Assembly (NCBI RefSeq): GCF_009914755.1
Contig: NC_060933.1
Origin: the human T2T-CHM13v2.0 reference genome, Homo sapiens
Length of the DNA: 64,000 nt
Reading direction: 5' to 3' (one strand)
Shown here: one piece after another, positions 30,183 to 46,820 of the stretch
Layout of the letters: each line of letters begins with the position of its first letter
How positions within the stretch are numbered: the first letter of the stretch is position 1
Notes under the pieces: generated by a model
The model's database searches: none
What the model was told of the DNA's origin: nothing
Seen by the model: the letters and a program-made list of their open reading frames with translations, nothing else
Program-made: the position numbers and the translations under genes

Positions 30183-32590
30183 TTTGAACTTTTAATTTTA
30201 GATTTAGGAGTACATGGGCAGGTTTGTTACCTGGGTATATTGCATGATGCTGAGGTTTGGGCTATGACTGATCCCATCACCCAGGTATTGAGCATAGTAC
30301 TCAATAGTTAGTTTTTCAACCCCTTCCCCCACTTCCCTCCTCTAGTAGCCCCCAGTTTCTATTGTTGCCATCTTTATGTCTATGAATACCCAATGTTTAG
30401 CTCCCACTAGAACATGCAGTATTTGGTTTTCTATTCCTGAGTTAATTCACTTAAGATCATGGCCTCCAGCTGCATCCATGTCACTGCAAAGGACATGATT
30501 TCATTCTTCTTTATGGTTGGGTACTATTCCATGGTGTGTATGTACCACATTTTTTTTTTATACTTTAAGTTCTGGGACACATGTGCAGAACGTGTAGGTT
30601 TGTTACATAGGTATATACATGTTATGGTGGTTTGCTGCACCCATCAACCCTTCATTTATGTTAGGTATTTCTCCTAATGCTATCCCTCCGTTAGCCCCCA
30701 ACCCCACAACAGGCCCTGGTGTGTGATGTTCCCCTCCCTGTGTCCATGTGTTCTCATTGTTCAACTCTCACTTTTGAGTGAGAATATGTGATGTTTGATT
30801 TTCTGTTCCTGTGTTAGTTTGCTGAGAATGATGGTTTCCAGCTTCATCCATGTCTCTGCAAAGGACATAAAACTCATCCTTTTTTATGGCTGCATAGTAT
30901 TCCATGGTGTATTATGTACCACATTTTCTTTATCCAGTCTATCATTGATGGGCATTTGGGTTGGTTCCAAGTCTTTGCTATTGTGAATAGTGCCGCAATG
31001 AACATACGTGTGCATGTGTCTTTATAGCAGAATGATTTATAATCCTTTGGGTATATACCCAGTAATGGGATTGCTGGGTCAAATGGTATTTCTGGTTCTA
31101 GATCTTTGAGGAATTGCCACACTGTCTTCCACAACAGTTGAACTAGTTTACACTCCTACCAACAGTGTAAAAGCATTTCTATTTTTCCACATCCTCTGCA
31201 GCATCTGTTGTTTCCTGACATTTTAATGATCGCCATTCTAACTGGCGTGAGATGGTATCTCATTGGTACCACATTTTCTTTATCCAATCCACGTTAATGG
31301 GCACCTAGGTTGATTTCATGTCTTTACTATTGTGAATAGTGCTGTGATGAACATATTAGTGCATGTATGAGATAAAAGACCTCTACAAGGAGAACTACAA
31401 AACACTGCTGAAAGAAATCATAGATGACACAAATAAAAGGAAAAACATTACATCCTCATGGATTGGAAGAATCAGTATAGTTAAAATGACCAGACTGCCC
31501 AAAGCAATGTACAGATTCAACACTATCCCTATCAAACTATCAACATCATTTTCCACAGACCTAGGAAAAACTATTCCAAAGTTCATATAAAACCAAAAAA
31601 GAACCTGAGTAGACAAAGCAATCCTAAGCAAAAAGAATAAAGCCAGAGGTATCACATTACCTGATTCCAACTATACTATAGGGCTAGGGTAACCAAAATG
31701 CCAAGGTACTGGTACAAAAAGAGATACAAGGACTAATGGGACAGAAGAGAGAACCTAGAATTAAAGTCGCACACCTACAGCCATCAGATCTTCAACAAAG
31801 CCAACAAAAATAAGCAAGGGGGAAAGAACTCCCTATTCAATAAATGGTTCTGGGATAGCTGGCTAGCCATATACAGAAGACTAAAACTGGATCGCTATCT
31901 TTCACCATATATAAAAATTAACTCAAGATGGATTACATATTTACATGTGAGACCTTAAACTATAAGAATCATAGAGGAAAACCTAGGAAACACCATTCTG
32001 GACATCAGTCTTGGGAAAGAATTTATGATTAAGTCCTCAAAAACAATCGCAACAAAAACAAAAATTGCCGAGTGGGACCTAATGAAACTAAAGAGCTTCT
32101 GCACAGCAAAAGAAACTATCAACAGAGTAAACAGACAGTCTACAGAATGGGAGAAAATAATCACAAACTGTGCATCCAACTAAGATCTAATATCCAGACT
32201 CTACAAGGAATTTTAACAATTGAACAAGCAAAAAACCACCCCATTAAAAAATGGGCAAAAGACATGAACAGACACTTCTCAAAAGAAGACTTACAAGACT
32301 TACAATGTATGAAAAAAGTGCTCAACATCACCAATCATCAGAGAAATGCAAATCAAAGCTACAATGAGGTACCATTTCATATCATTCAGAATGGCTACTA
32401 TTAAAAAGTTGAAAAACAATAGAGGCTGGTAAGGCTGTGGAGAAAAGAGAATACTTATACACTCTGGGTGGGGGATGTAAATTAGTTCAGCCACTGTGGA
32501 AACTGTTTGGAGATTTATCAAAGAACTTAAAACAGAACTACGTTCGACCCAGCAATCCCATTACTGGGTATATGTTAAAAAAATCGTTCT
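30183..32590 (-). mobile_element. 5'-inverted L1 (L1PB/old L1PA) with a younger L1PA 3' end nested at 30554-31265
   Basis: Minus-strand 3' UTR/ORF2 end to 31366, then plus-strand ORF2 ([15 protein letters not shown]) to 32590; nested copy flanked by TSD GTACCACATTTT. Confidence 0.85.
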
Positions 32591-32685
32591 GTCTTCTGTG
32601 TTTGAAACACTCCTTGCTGATAACAATTCTTATTCAGATTCCTTATCTCCTTAGACCAATCTCCCAACATAGACAGTAATTTCTA

Positions 32686-33203
<518 letters not shown>

Positions 33204-33638
33204 TTAAGTAACAAACGAAGATCCTCTATTGTTAAAGAGTGATATTATTGAATGCTAATGTTCAGCTGTTAGGTCAAAAAACAGTTACTGCAAAATGCTG
33301 GTTTGCGTCTAGGCCAATGTGAACGGAAACTGCTAGCAATTTAATCATTTATAAAAGGAAACAAAGTCACTTTAAATGAAAATGGCTAGAAATTTAAAAA
33401 CTGAGACTATAGAATTTTAGGACATAACAAGATTTTAGGGTTAGCTAGTCAAACTTCATCATTTTTTCAAGAAAATGGGACCTAGAGAAATCCAAAGTCA
33501 TAAATTCTGGCAGAGCCAGGGCCTATATGGAATGCTAGAACCTAGTGATTTTCCCAATTACCTAGAGGAAATCCAGAATCTAACATTTTCACATTCTGAA
33601 AATGTTTACATAACTAATATTTACTGTGATGTACTTAC

Positions 33639-33881
33639 ATTCTAATTGAAGCACTTTCGTAGGCAAAAATATCTCAATTTTAGTGTCATTAGAAGACAAA
33701 TTATCATGACATAAATATGTATTCAGATGTTCCAATGTTTCCATCATTTTCAGATTTAGTCCTGCTTGTTTCCACCACTCTGCCTTTTCCAGATTAATCA
33801 CAAGGCTTTCTTCTTTAACAGAAAATATCTTTTTCAAATCTGTAACTGAATATTGGCTGTGGGGCTCTTGAATTCTTGGCA
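33639..33881 (-). CDS. SHOC1: SHOC1 coding exon (243 nt; [10 protein letters not shown]...KVLQLE)
   Basis: Acceptor ttttaag|TG, donor T|gtaagt; phases 1->1; ORF 33589..33882. Confidence 0.95.
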
Positions 33882-34644
33882 CTTAAAAAAAAATAAAAAA
33901 CAAATAGTTAGAAACAGTCTACAAAGCAAAAGAAACAAAACACAATAAACAGAACCACACTGGAATTTCTTTATGAAATGCATTTTTATGCATTAGAAAA
34001 TAAGTGAAACTTGAAGTTATAGCTGGTATTTTTGTCTCAAGATGCTAATATTTGTAAAAGTTTAAGCTATTGTAGCAGTAGAAGTCACATAAAGGATTTA
34101 TTTCACTCTTTGAAAATATCAAAAAGTTAAAATTATTCTGATATTTAGTAGAAGGAAATCTTATTTTGTTTGACCATTTTCAATTATTAAATTAATGTTT
34201 AACATTTTGAAGTAATACAAGCTTTATTAAATTAGAAATTCTAACTCATTATAATAAGCCTAAACAAGAAGAAATATTTGTTCAGATTTTATGATGACTA
34301 TATCATCTTAGATATTGTGGTACAGCGCTTACTGCCTCATTACTTTCTAGCCTAAACGGGAGAAATCATAACATATGGAGGAACTGAAGTAGCACAACTA
34401 CCTAATATTATTATCTGCATTATAAACATCAACCTGAAATTAGGATTATAAATTTTGAAACTCTAATTTTGGAATGGTGCTTTTATAATGACAGTAATAT
34501 TAAGAAGAAATTAAAACTTAAAAATACTAATATTAATAATAGTAATTACAAGTTACTAAAAAACATCTGGCACTATGCTAAGTGCTTTCTTTACATGCAT
34601 TATTCTTAATTAATCCCTAAATAATTCTATAAAATAGGTATAAT

Positions 34645-35850
34645 TTTTAATAGTTTTATTAAAGTATAACTGACATGCAATAAACTACACATATTTAGAG
34701 TGAAAAGTCTCATAAGTTTTGACATATTTATACATTCATGAATCCATTACCACAATCAAGGTAATGAACATATCCATTCCCTCCGAAGTTTTGTATCCCT
34801 CCTGCCTCTTTATACCTCCCTTCTAATCTTCCTCATCCCCCAACCCCTGTCCCACTGTTCTGCTTCCTGACACTATAAACTACATTTTCTAGAATTTTAT
34901 ATAAATGGAATTATACCATATGAATTTTTTGTGGTTTCTGTCATTCTGCATAATTATTTTGAGATCATCTGTGTTGTGTATATCAACAGTCCATTCCTTT
35001 TTTTCAGGTAGAAATAATTGTAGATTCACATGCAGTTGCAAGAAATAATACAAGACGTCTTGTTCCCCCCTTTTTTTGCTTTAAAAGTATATTATACTAT
35101 GTAACTGATAATTTCAATATATGATCTGATTTTGATGTCTAATGTTTCTGCTGTATCTCACTGATCATGCCAATATATTTTGTGATTGTTGTCTATTAGC
35201 ATGTGTTTCTTTCAACTTTGTGGAAGGTCTTTGAAGCACGAGTTGAAGTACATTCTTCCAGAAAAAAAATTTATTTTCCTCTAGAAAGGATTTACTTTTG
35301 TCTCTATGTGTTTGGGAGGCACTGTCAACCTGGGACCACTTTAAATTAAATCACCACTATTTTTAAAAGTATATAGGTGGTTTGAATTCAGACTGCAACC
35401 AGGCATGATGGCTGCCTTCTGGTTAGCAGTACTTAAGAGAAATTTTTTTTCTTTTCCTCTCTTCCAGCTCCAAGGTAGAAATATGCAAATTTATTCGGAG
35501 TTCCCTTCTATATATGGTGGTTTACTTTTGTATGCTCTTATTTTGATGGTAGTTTGTTGAATTCCCAGTTTTATGTAGGGGTCCCCTATCAGACCCTCCA
35601 CGTAGGATATTTCTTGACTCTACACTACATGTCGACCTCAAAACAGAAGTTCAAAGTCTCCAAGGTTTAATAGAAAGCTTGGAGTGAAAGCCAGCTTTGG
35701 TGCTTACTTGCTTCCCAGGATTCCTGTTTTCACTTTGTTTTTGGCCTCCAAATGCAACTCAGTGATTCATTTAAAAATTTTTTAAAACAATACCTTATCC
35801 AAAGTTCCATTTCCGTGATGGAATAGTTCAGACACAGACAAGAGTTTAAC
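34645..35850 (-). mobile_element. Old L1M fragments
   Basis: tttaatagttttattaaagtataactgacatgcaataaactacacatatttagagtg is an L1MC-type 3' end; decayed continuation. Confidence 0.6.
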
Positions 35851-35931
35851 TTACTCAGATAAATTTTGAATATACATGTGAAATGTATAACCTCAAAATT
35901 ATTTTGTTAAACTATAAACAAGTTTTGCTAA

Positions 35932-36424
<493 letters not shown>

Positions 36425-36834
36425 GTTGTTAAAATGTTTTTAAACGTCTTTTTTGGAAAGCTTGGGCAACTAAAACTTTTAACATTAGATGAGATTTTTT
36501 TTTATTTTTATTTTTTTTTACAAACAACTCACAACTTTGGAAATACAAATTACTTGTATGGGACAGTTTTATGTACTACTTGTATTTCATTTCTTTTCTT
36601 TTCCTTCTCCCATGTATAGGAATTACCCAGAAAATCAGCAAGATCCGGATCTTGTCATATACTTCTGCACCTAGCATAATGAACCTTATGGAAGATATCT
36701 TGGTATTTTAGCTTTAGGCGAAGTTATATATTCTGTTAAGAAATGGTCAAAGAAAAAGGATATCCCACATTTCTACTCGTTGTACCTTTTTACCTATACT
36801 TTCTATTTATCACTTAAAGGCAATTAATCTTTAC

Positions 36835-36929
36835 CTGTAAGCAAAAATGGGTTCAAAGGGCTTCTACATCTTTCTAATTGCCACATCATGTAGTATTCAT
36901 TAGCTGATTCTTCAGCAGTAAGCAAATTA
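36835..36929 (-). CDS. SHOC1: SHOC1 coding exon (95 nt; [16 protein letters not shown]...PFLLT)
   Basis: Acceptor ttttcag|T, donor CAG|gtaaag; phases 2->1. Confidence 0.92.
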
Positions 36930-36988
36930 CTGAAAAAAAGAGTTAAAGTTTAATACATTAATAATATTGAGTCTTTTGTATAATAAAA

Positions 36989-37360
<372 letters not shown>

Positions 37361-38636
37361 TAAATGTGTAAACTGCAGTCGAGTTCTACAGACCAAATAT
37401 CAAACACAGTACTCACTTCCTCCATCCTTGGGAAAGTTTGGTAATTTGTAAACTCAATTGTTCCTACTTGACTGTAAATTACTCCCACCTCTACCTCCCT
37501 CAATGGAACCTGGAGCCAGAGAGGGCTGACTTGGGAGAGTTTTAGCACTTCCCTCCATAAACTATGCTAGCGTCAACCTTATACGCCACCAAAAATAAAA
37601 ATACAATCTAAGTAAAATTACCATGCTTACCATGCACATAGCAACCTCAACAAAAATTTTTATAAAATTGCTGTCCCCAAGTCCATTCCATATAGAAATT
37701 CTGGATCCTCTACTGGCTGAGGATCAGAACTGTGAAAAAGTCCTTCTCTGGAGATGGCAGAGTCCTAAAGTTTAGTTCAAGACCTTCAATCTTGGTGGGT
37801 TTGTGAGTGAGTGATGTGTGTCTGTGTATGTGTGTTTAGGGGTACTCGGGGGGAGAAGGGAGAAAATAAGCATGTCAATCAGTGTAAATTACAGCTCATC
37901 TGTAGCTATGATGCTACTAGCCTTCGTAGGGGAAAGACTATTAATTCATAAACCCCTTAATCTGTGTCCCAAGCTCCCTGCTACCCTGAGTGAGAACTGA
38001 TTGTATTCTGTTTCTCTGTTCATATGGAACATATATGAGCATGCTAATTATAAGTATTGCCAGTTAAATTGACAGTCTAGGGCAGTGGAAAGCTAGGTTT
38101 TATGTCTAAGGCATCCAGTTTACCCACATAATCCAAAAATCTGGTCATGTGATAGAAAATTTGAGAATCTAGACAATTCCTGAATCTTACCAAGGTTTCT
38201 TTGACAACACCTCAGATTGTAAGCAACTATTTTAAAGTGAAAGGAACGTGTTATATTTAGCAGGCCATGTCCAATATAGACACACATTTTCACTCTTAAC
38301 GGAGCTTTCTGAAGGCATGTCTGAATCTGATACATTGTTCATAAAAATATATTCACAAGTCAGCAGTCAGTTAGTAGCTTAATAAAATCTTATGCCATAC
38401 AGACTTTTCTTTTTTAGCCCATAAAATCTAGCATAGAATCTTATATGTGGTAGGCACTAAAAATATTGTTAACTGGGTATTATTTTCAGCCAAAATGTTG
38501 TGCTCTGAAATAAAAATAATTGGGACCATAAAAATAAGTTAAAGCTACAATAACATTCTTTGTTATTTTTCCTTCTTTTTTTCAAAAAAATTTTAACACC
38601 TTTTCTCCTTGTTTTTAGTTTTACAGTTGAGATATA

Positions 38637-39188
38637 CAGTAGTTCCCCCTTATCCATGAGTTCACTATACTCGGTTTCATTTATCTGTGTTCAACTGCAG
38701 TCCAAACTATTAAACAGAATATTCCATAAACAATTCATAAGTTTTAAATTGCACTGTTGCGAGCAGTGTGATGAAATTTCATGCCATCCTACACCATCTC
38801 GCCCAGGATGTGAATCATCCCTTTGCCCAGCATATCCACACTATATGTACTCACTACCTGCCCATTAGTCACTTAGTAGCATTCTCAGTTATCAGATCAG
38901 CTGTTGCAGAATCACAGTGCTTGTGTTCAAGTAACCCCTTCTGTATTTAATAATGACTCCAAAGCACAAGAGTAATGAGGATGGTATTTGTTATGGTCGT
39001 TCTATTTTACTATTTTACTATAGTTATTGCTGTTAATGTCTTACTATGGCTAATTTATAAATTAAACTTTATCATAGGTATGAATATATGAGAAAAAACA
39101 GTATATATAGGGTTCAATAACATTCGCAGTTTCAGGCATCCATTTAAGGTCTTGGAATTTATTCTCCCGGCATAAAGGGGGACTACTG
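38637..39188. mobile_element. MER44-type (Tigger7 family) non-autonomous DNA element
   Basis: TA|cagtagttcccccttatcc...aagggggactactg|TA terminal inverted repeats; 552 bp. Confidence 0.85.
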
Positions 39189-40764
39189 TAAACTCATTTT
39201 TAAAATATGGATTTTTAAGCTTTTACAGTTGCCAAACAAATGGAAGTGATTTATCTCTTGCTGGTAAATGTAGTAGTGAGGGGAAAACTTCTTTCAGTTG
39301 TTTCAAATGGCTCTAAAACCATTAGCTAATTTGAAAGCCTTTTTTTTCTAACTTTGCCAAATCGTAAGTCATTAGTTAAGATTTGTTTCATAAATTCTTA
39401 TTAGATATTTGAGTTATAACAATAGACATATAACTTGTGATTAAAAAGAGCTTATTATGGTTTAAATACTTCTAAAATCAAACTGAAATTAAAGATCATA
39501 CTAATTTCTGCTAGTTTCTGTTTCTAAAAATGCCAGTCTGTCATAACAGATGGATTAGGGTGTATGGACTAAATAAAAGAGTAAAAGGGCACTAACAAAA
39601 ACAGTATATGTCCTGCAAATAAATATCTTGTACCTTATCAAGAGAACTAAAAGTATTTAAACAAAGTGTATGTAGTTTCCATACTTGTCCTATGCTCTTT
39701 TTAGGGCTCATATCTGATATGGACAATTCTTAGTTCATGATAGAACTCTGTATAGCACAAATTTACTCTAGAAATGTAAATAATTCTTAGCCAGAAGATA
39801 AAGATATATTTAGGGCCCTCAGTCTTATGCTTTGACACTTTCCTGAGACCATTAATAGAAGCCTAAGCAGCCAGTGATGAATTATACAGCCTTGACTCCA
39901 GCTGGTCCCAGTAATCCAAATAGCACTCTCCTCTGGCAGATCAGCTAATTATAACAAGAATTCAAACCTAACACACACAGTTCCCACAGTTTCCAGTCCT
40001 GGAATAATTCATTAGAGACTTGTAGACTTTACTGTCATCTTCCTGAAAATATGTTATTTTAGGACACATTAAGTTCTAGGTTTACAGTAGACTAATTGTA
40101 CTGGTTATGTTCCCAATTTTTTAACTGGCGTAAGAAGCAGAGGAATGGAATGGCTTTATTCCAGGATAGCAGACTAATCAATCTTAGAAAACATTAAGCT
40201 ACATGTGTGCTGCATGGTTTAAGACAGCAATGAAAGCTATCTCAGACTCTATCAAAGGGCAAGGATGCTGGGCTATTAAGCTATGCAGTTTTGGCTCAAA
40301 CTAGAATATAATGACCTAGCCCTGCAGTATCAATTCTACAATTTCAGACTATTCTGTGCAATAATGATGGGGTATTGAACAAGTTTACGAATCAAGCCTT
40401 GGTTCTGTATGTCTGGTCCACCCATTACTGAGACCACATTGACAAGAGGTGAACAAGGTCAGTGGCTGTCCTCTGTTAGAGATAGGACATCCATAAGAGA
40501 GCAAGGACTCTTGCACTCTTAATGGGAATAAACTGATAGCCAAATCTATTGATCAACGATTGTCCACACTGCTCTGTGATCTTTGGCTACTTCTGGCCAC
40601 AGACCTATGACAAATCTTTTAGTAGACCTCTTAACAACCTTATAGATACTATTATTATCCCAGTATTGTAGATTTAAAAAACCTGAGGCACAGAACAATT
40701 AAGGTTGCAGTTAGAAAGTGATAGAGCTAGGCAATCTGGCTCTAGTTCAGAGCTTCTAACCACT

Positions 40765-41132
40765 TATTATGGGCTGAATTGTGTCCCCACAAAATTCTTA
40801 TGTTGAAGACCTAATCCTCAGTACCTCAGAATGTGACTGTATTTGGAGACAAGGTCTTTAAAGAGGTAATTAAGTTAAACAGGGCCATTAATACAATGTG
40901 ACTGGTATCCTTATAAGAACAGGAGATTGGGGTATAGACAATGATAGAGGAAAGAATATATGAAGGCAAAGGGACATCTATAAGCCAAGGAGGGAGGTCT
41001 TAGAATGAAACCAACCCGGCTGACACTTGGTTCTTTCACTTCTCACCTCCAGAACTGTGAAGGAATAAATTTCTATTGTTTAAGTCATCTAATCTGTGGT
41101 ATTTGTTAGGGCAGCCCTAGCAAACTAATACA
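40765..41132 (+). mobile_element. MLT1 (MaLR) solo LTR with 5-bp TSD CCACT
   Basis: ttatgggctgaattgtgtcccc...gcagccctagcaaactaataca; a MIR lies at ~40590-40764. Confidence 0.88.
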
Positions 41133-41592
41133 CCACTACATTGCCTTTCATGGCAGTGACTGCCAGTAGAGACAGTGCCATTAGCAAGTGTCCAGTGGCA
41201 ATGTCCTAAGCATACTATTCCAATGCCAGGATCTTCAAAATTTTTTAAGTTATTTATTTTTAATGATAATATATTCACATTAAAAATACTGAAATGTATA
41301 AAAGCCATACTGTGAAAAATCTCCTACACACATTGCTAGGTTACCTAGTTCTTTTCTGGATACAAGCAATATTACTTGTTTCTTGGGTGCCCTTCTAAAG
41401 ATACTCTTTGCATATAAAACCAAATATATACATAAATTTATATATTCCTTTTAGTTACTTATTACAGACACTGTACTAGCTCTTAAATTTTTTCATAGAG
41501 GTATCTTGGAAATTGCTTTTATATGGAGAGATTTAAATAAAGACTGCTTGTTCTGAATTGCAACATGGGTTCTAGATATAATCTTTACTTAC

Positions 41593-41701
41593 ATTTTACA
41601 AACCGGAGATAATGGAAATGTCTGAAGTTCTGTACATAATGAATTCACTGAAGAATGTTGGCATGTTAGGAATAGAGGAGTTAGTGGCATTTCTAACTCT
41701 C
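41593..41701 (-). CDS. SHOC1: SHOC1 coding exon (109 nt; [12 protein letters not shown]...SPVCK)
   Basis: Acceptor ttccag|GA, donor AT|gtaagt; phases 1->2. Confidence 0.92.
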
Positions 41702-41751
41702 CTGGAATATATGAAAATTAAAGTTATGTAAACATTGAATAATATTAAGTA

Positions 41752-42050
41752 GGCTAGGCGTGGTGGCTCACACCTGTAATTCTAACACTTTGGGAGGCTG
41801 AGGTAGGAGGATCACTTGAGTCCAGGAGTTTAAGACCTGGGCAACATGGCAAGATCAGTCTCTACAAAAAGTACAAAATTAGCCAGCAGTGGTGGCACAT
41901 GCTTGTAGTCCTAGCTACCTGGGAAGCTGAGCTGGAATGATTGCTTGAGCCCAGGAATTTGAGATTGCAATGAGCTGTGATTGTGTCACTGTACTCCAAC
42001 CTGGGCAACAGAGCAAGCCTTTGTCTCTAAAAAAAATAAATAAATAAAAA
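41752..42050 (+). mobile_element. AluJ-like element
   Basis: ggaggatcacttgagtccagg; TSD attaagta. Confidence 0.92.
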
Positions 42051-42943
42051 TTAAGTATAATTTAGAACATTTTGTAAGCAACTATTATGTTTGGTCATCT
42101 GTTAAAACAAAAATATTTCAATAAAAAGAAATTTGAGTTGAGATATAAAATGTCTTAAATGTCTATCTATATAAGGAATTACATATATATAACATTGTGT
42201 CTCAATTACAACCGTGGTGATTTTTAAAACATACATTAATAGCTAAACTTTATTGAGTTTACTGTGTTTAACATAAATTCCAAGAGCTTTATATGTATTA
42301 AGGCTTTTGATTCTGACAGCTTGTGTTGTCAGTACTTAGGCAATAGAATTATTTTTATTTCCAAAGAAAGAAAAAAATTATTATTTTTATTTCCATACTA
42401 ATTATTAGTGATGTTAAACAAACTGTATTATAAAGAGTAATTATTCACCTTAATGACTCTGGACTCTAGATGGCCTAGCACAAAATTATATATCTATAGG
42501 GCGGGCTTGAAAAAGTGATTCTCATGTATTGCTAACTAGTAAGTGTGGTTTTATTACTTTCATAAATAAAGCAGTAAACTTTCAAATAGATAATTCAGAA
42601 GATCCAATTATAAATGTAATTAAGTATCAGGGCTATCAATATAGTTAAGCAACATACTTTGGCATTGTACTGGAACAAAAGATGATTCTAAGATTCAAAA
42701 TTTGGTAGAATAATATTAACAATAATGATGACATAGAGAACGATAACATTGCTTTGGGAGATTAAAAATTCAAATTTAAAAAAAATGTGACAGTGGTCAG
42801 CAAGATTGCTAATATTGAGATGAAATATGAAATTTTATTTACTGAGCTATAATATTTTAAGGTTTCTACTTTTAATATTAATGCTATTTCCTCCATTCCT
42901 CTTCTACACTCTTTGTAACTGCCATCTTTTTGTTATTCAGGGG

Positions 42944-43243
42944 TTTTTTTGTTTGTTTTGAGACAGAGTCTAGCTGTTGCCCAGGCTGGAGTGCAGTGGT
43001 GTAATCTCGGCTCACTACAACCTCCACCTCGCCAGTTCAAGCCATTCTCGTGCCTCAGCCTCCTGAGTGTCTGGGATTACAGCCATGTGTCACCATGCCT
43101 GCCTGGCTAATTTTTGTAATTTTAGTAGAGATGGTGTTTCGTCATATTGACCAGGCTGGTCTTGAACTCTTGATCTTAAGTGATCCGCCCACCTCAGCCT
43201 CCCAAAGTGCTGGGATTACAGGCGTGAACCACCGCACTAGGCC
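42944..43243 (-). mobile_element. Alu (AluS-like)
   Basis: Full dimer; TSD ttattcag. Confidence 0.93.
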
Positions 43244-43450
43244 TATTATTCAGTTTTGATGCCAGTAGAATTCTAAGTTAATAATAGTAATAAATATAAA
43301 GGAGCAAATAAGAAAAAATGACAGGATTATAACAATCCAATTTTAAACATGGAAACTGACTCACAGTACACTGTATATGTGAATGTACTGTACTTTTACA
43401 TCATAAATAGGTAATCCCCAATAAGCTCAATGATTTATCAAAATTTCTAC

Positions 43451-43558
43451 CTGGTTTACTGCACTCTTCTGGTTCACTCTGGCTTTGAATGGTCAAAATC
43501 TCTGTGGAGCTGAATTTTATATCCCCGATATCCTCAATTCCATGCTTGTTAGTAAGAT
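43451..43558 (-). CDS. SHOC1: SHOC1 coding exon (108 nt; LTNKHGIEDIG...ECSKP)
   Basis: Acceptor ttttcag|AT, donor CAG|gtagaa; phases 1->1. Confidence 0.92.
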
Positions 43559-43975
43559 CTGAAAAGGAAGAAACTCTGTTATTAGCAAATGTACCATTAA
43601 ATTAATTTTCTGTAACCTTGTTCAGTGGCATTTTCCTTTTAAAGTATCTTTATTGTTTTATTGCATGTCAATTTTTCCTTTTAGAGAGAAGTAGAGATTT
43701 ATACTTCTGAAGAAAATGCTAACTTAGGTAAATAACTATTCCCCCATGCACACTCCTTGTTGCCCTTCAACTGTCAATCAGAATTACCCAAGGAAAATAA
43801 AAATGGCAAAATCTACATAATCACTGGAAGGTAAGATAGGGTGGGCAATCCATAAGCCACAAACTTCAAAGAATGAGGTCGCTTTGAAGGGTTTCATCTC
43901 TATCAATATATGATGACTTTCTATGCCTTGCTTAGCTGGAACTCTACTTGTCTATATGAATACTGCCACTTTGGC

Positions 43976-44460
43976 TTTCTTTTTTCTTTCTTTTATCTCC
44001 CTTCTTCCCTCCCTCCCTCTCTTCCTTTTTTCCTCACTTCCTCCTTCCTTTCCAGCTGCCTGACACATTTTACCTATCCCTTTTTTATCTTTTGCCTGCC
44101 TTCCTTTTTTCCTTCCTTCCTTTCCTTCCTTCCTTCCCTCCCTCCCCTCCCCCCCTTCCTTCCTTCCTTCCTTCCTCCCTCCCTTCCTCTCTCCCTCCCT
44201 CCTTTGTTTCCAGCTGTCTGACACATTTTGCCTATCCCTTTTTTATCTTTTGGCTTTCTTTCTTCCCTCCCTTCCCTCCTTCCTTCTCCACCCTAGATGT
44301 CTGACACATTTTGCCTATCCTTTTATTTTCCCCTCCCTCCCTCCCTCCCTCCCTCCTTTCCTGCCTTCCTTCCTGCCTTCCTGCCTTCCTTCCCCAGCTG
44401 TCTGACACATTTTGCCTATCCCTTTATTTTTTACCTTTTGGCTTTTTTTCCTTCTTTTCT
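43976..44460. repeat. Compound polypyrimidine minisatellite: four ~35-45-bp cores separated by (CCTT)n/(CCCT)n
   Basis: Core cagctgtctgacacattttgcctatccctttt at ~44053, ~44211, ~44294, ~44395. Confidence 0.9.
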
Positions 44461-44880
44461 TAAGGCTCAACTCTTGAAAACAACATACTCAGTGGTTCTT
44501 TATTGAAAGACATAGACTTTGTATTTTGTTTTTTGAAATTATGATGCATCTTATAATCTGTATGTGCATTTAGAATGTTTCTTTCTTCCCTAAAAATTCT
44601 TAAGTTGATAATACATCTTGCAGTTGGTAGGATCTTTGAATCAGACATATGGTCATTATATTTGCTTTTTAAATTTAATCTAAGAATTGATCTCTCTTTT
44701 AATAGAGAAGCTTAACCAATTTATATTTACTCAAACAAAGGTGATACTTTTATAATCTTATTTTATGCTTCCAATGCCTTTTCCTTGCTTTGCTCTTCTT
44801 TATTTCCACAGAATTAATTCTATTGCTCAAAGTTTTTTTTATTTTTTTTTTCTCTGTTAGTTCAGAAGTTATACATGTTA

Positions 44881-46820
<1,940 letters not shown>

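Noticed and set aside
30874-32404. L1 ORF2-like ORFs as an active LINE-1
   Set aside because: Truncated, inverted and stop-interrupted fragments without a 5' UTR or ORF1.
44050-44445. Repeat-spacer layout superficially like a CRISPR array
   Set aside because: Human intron, low-complexity spacers of variable length, and no cas genes; it is a minisatellite.
43910-44506. ORFs rich in P/S/F/L or E/G/R/K
   Set aside because: Artefacts of the CT-rich simple repeat.
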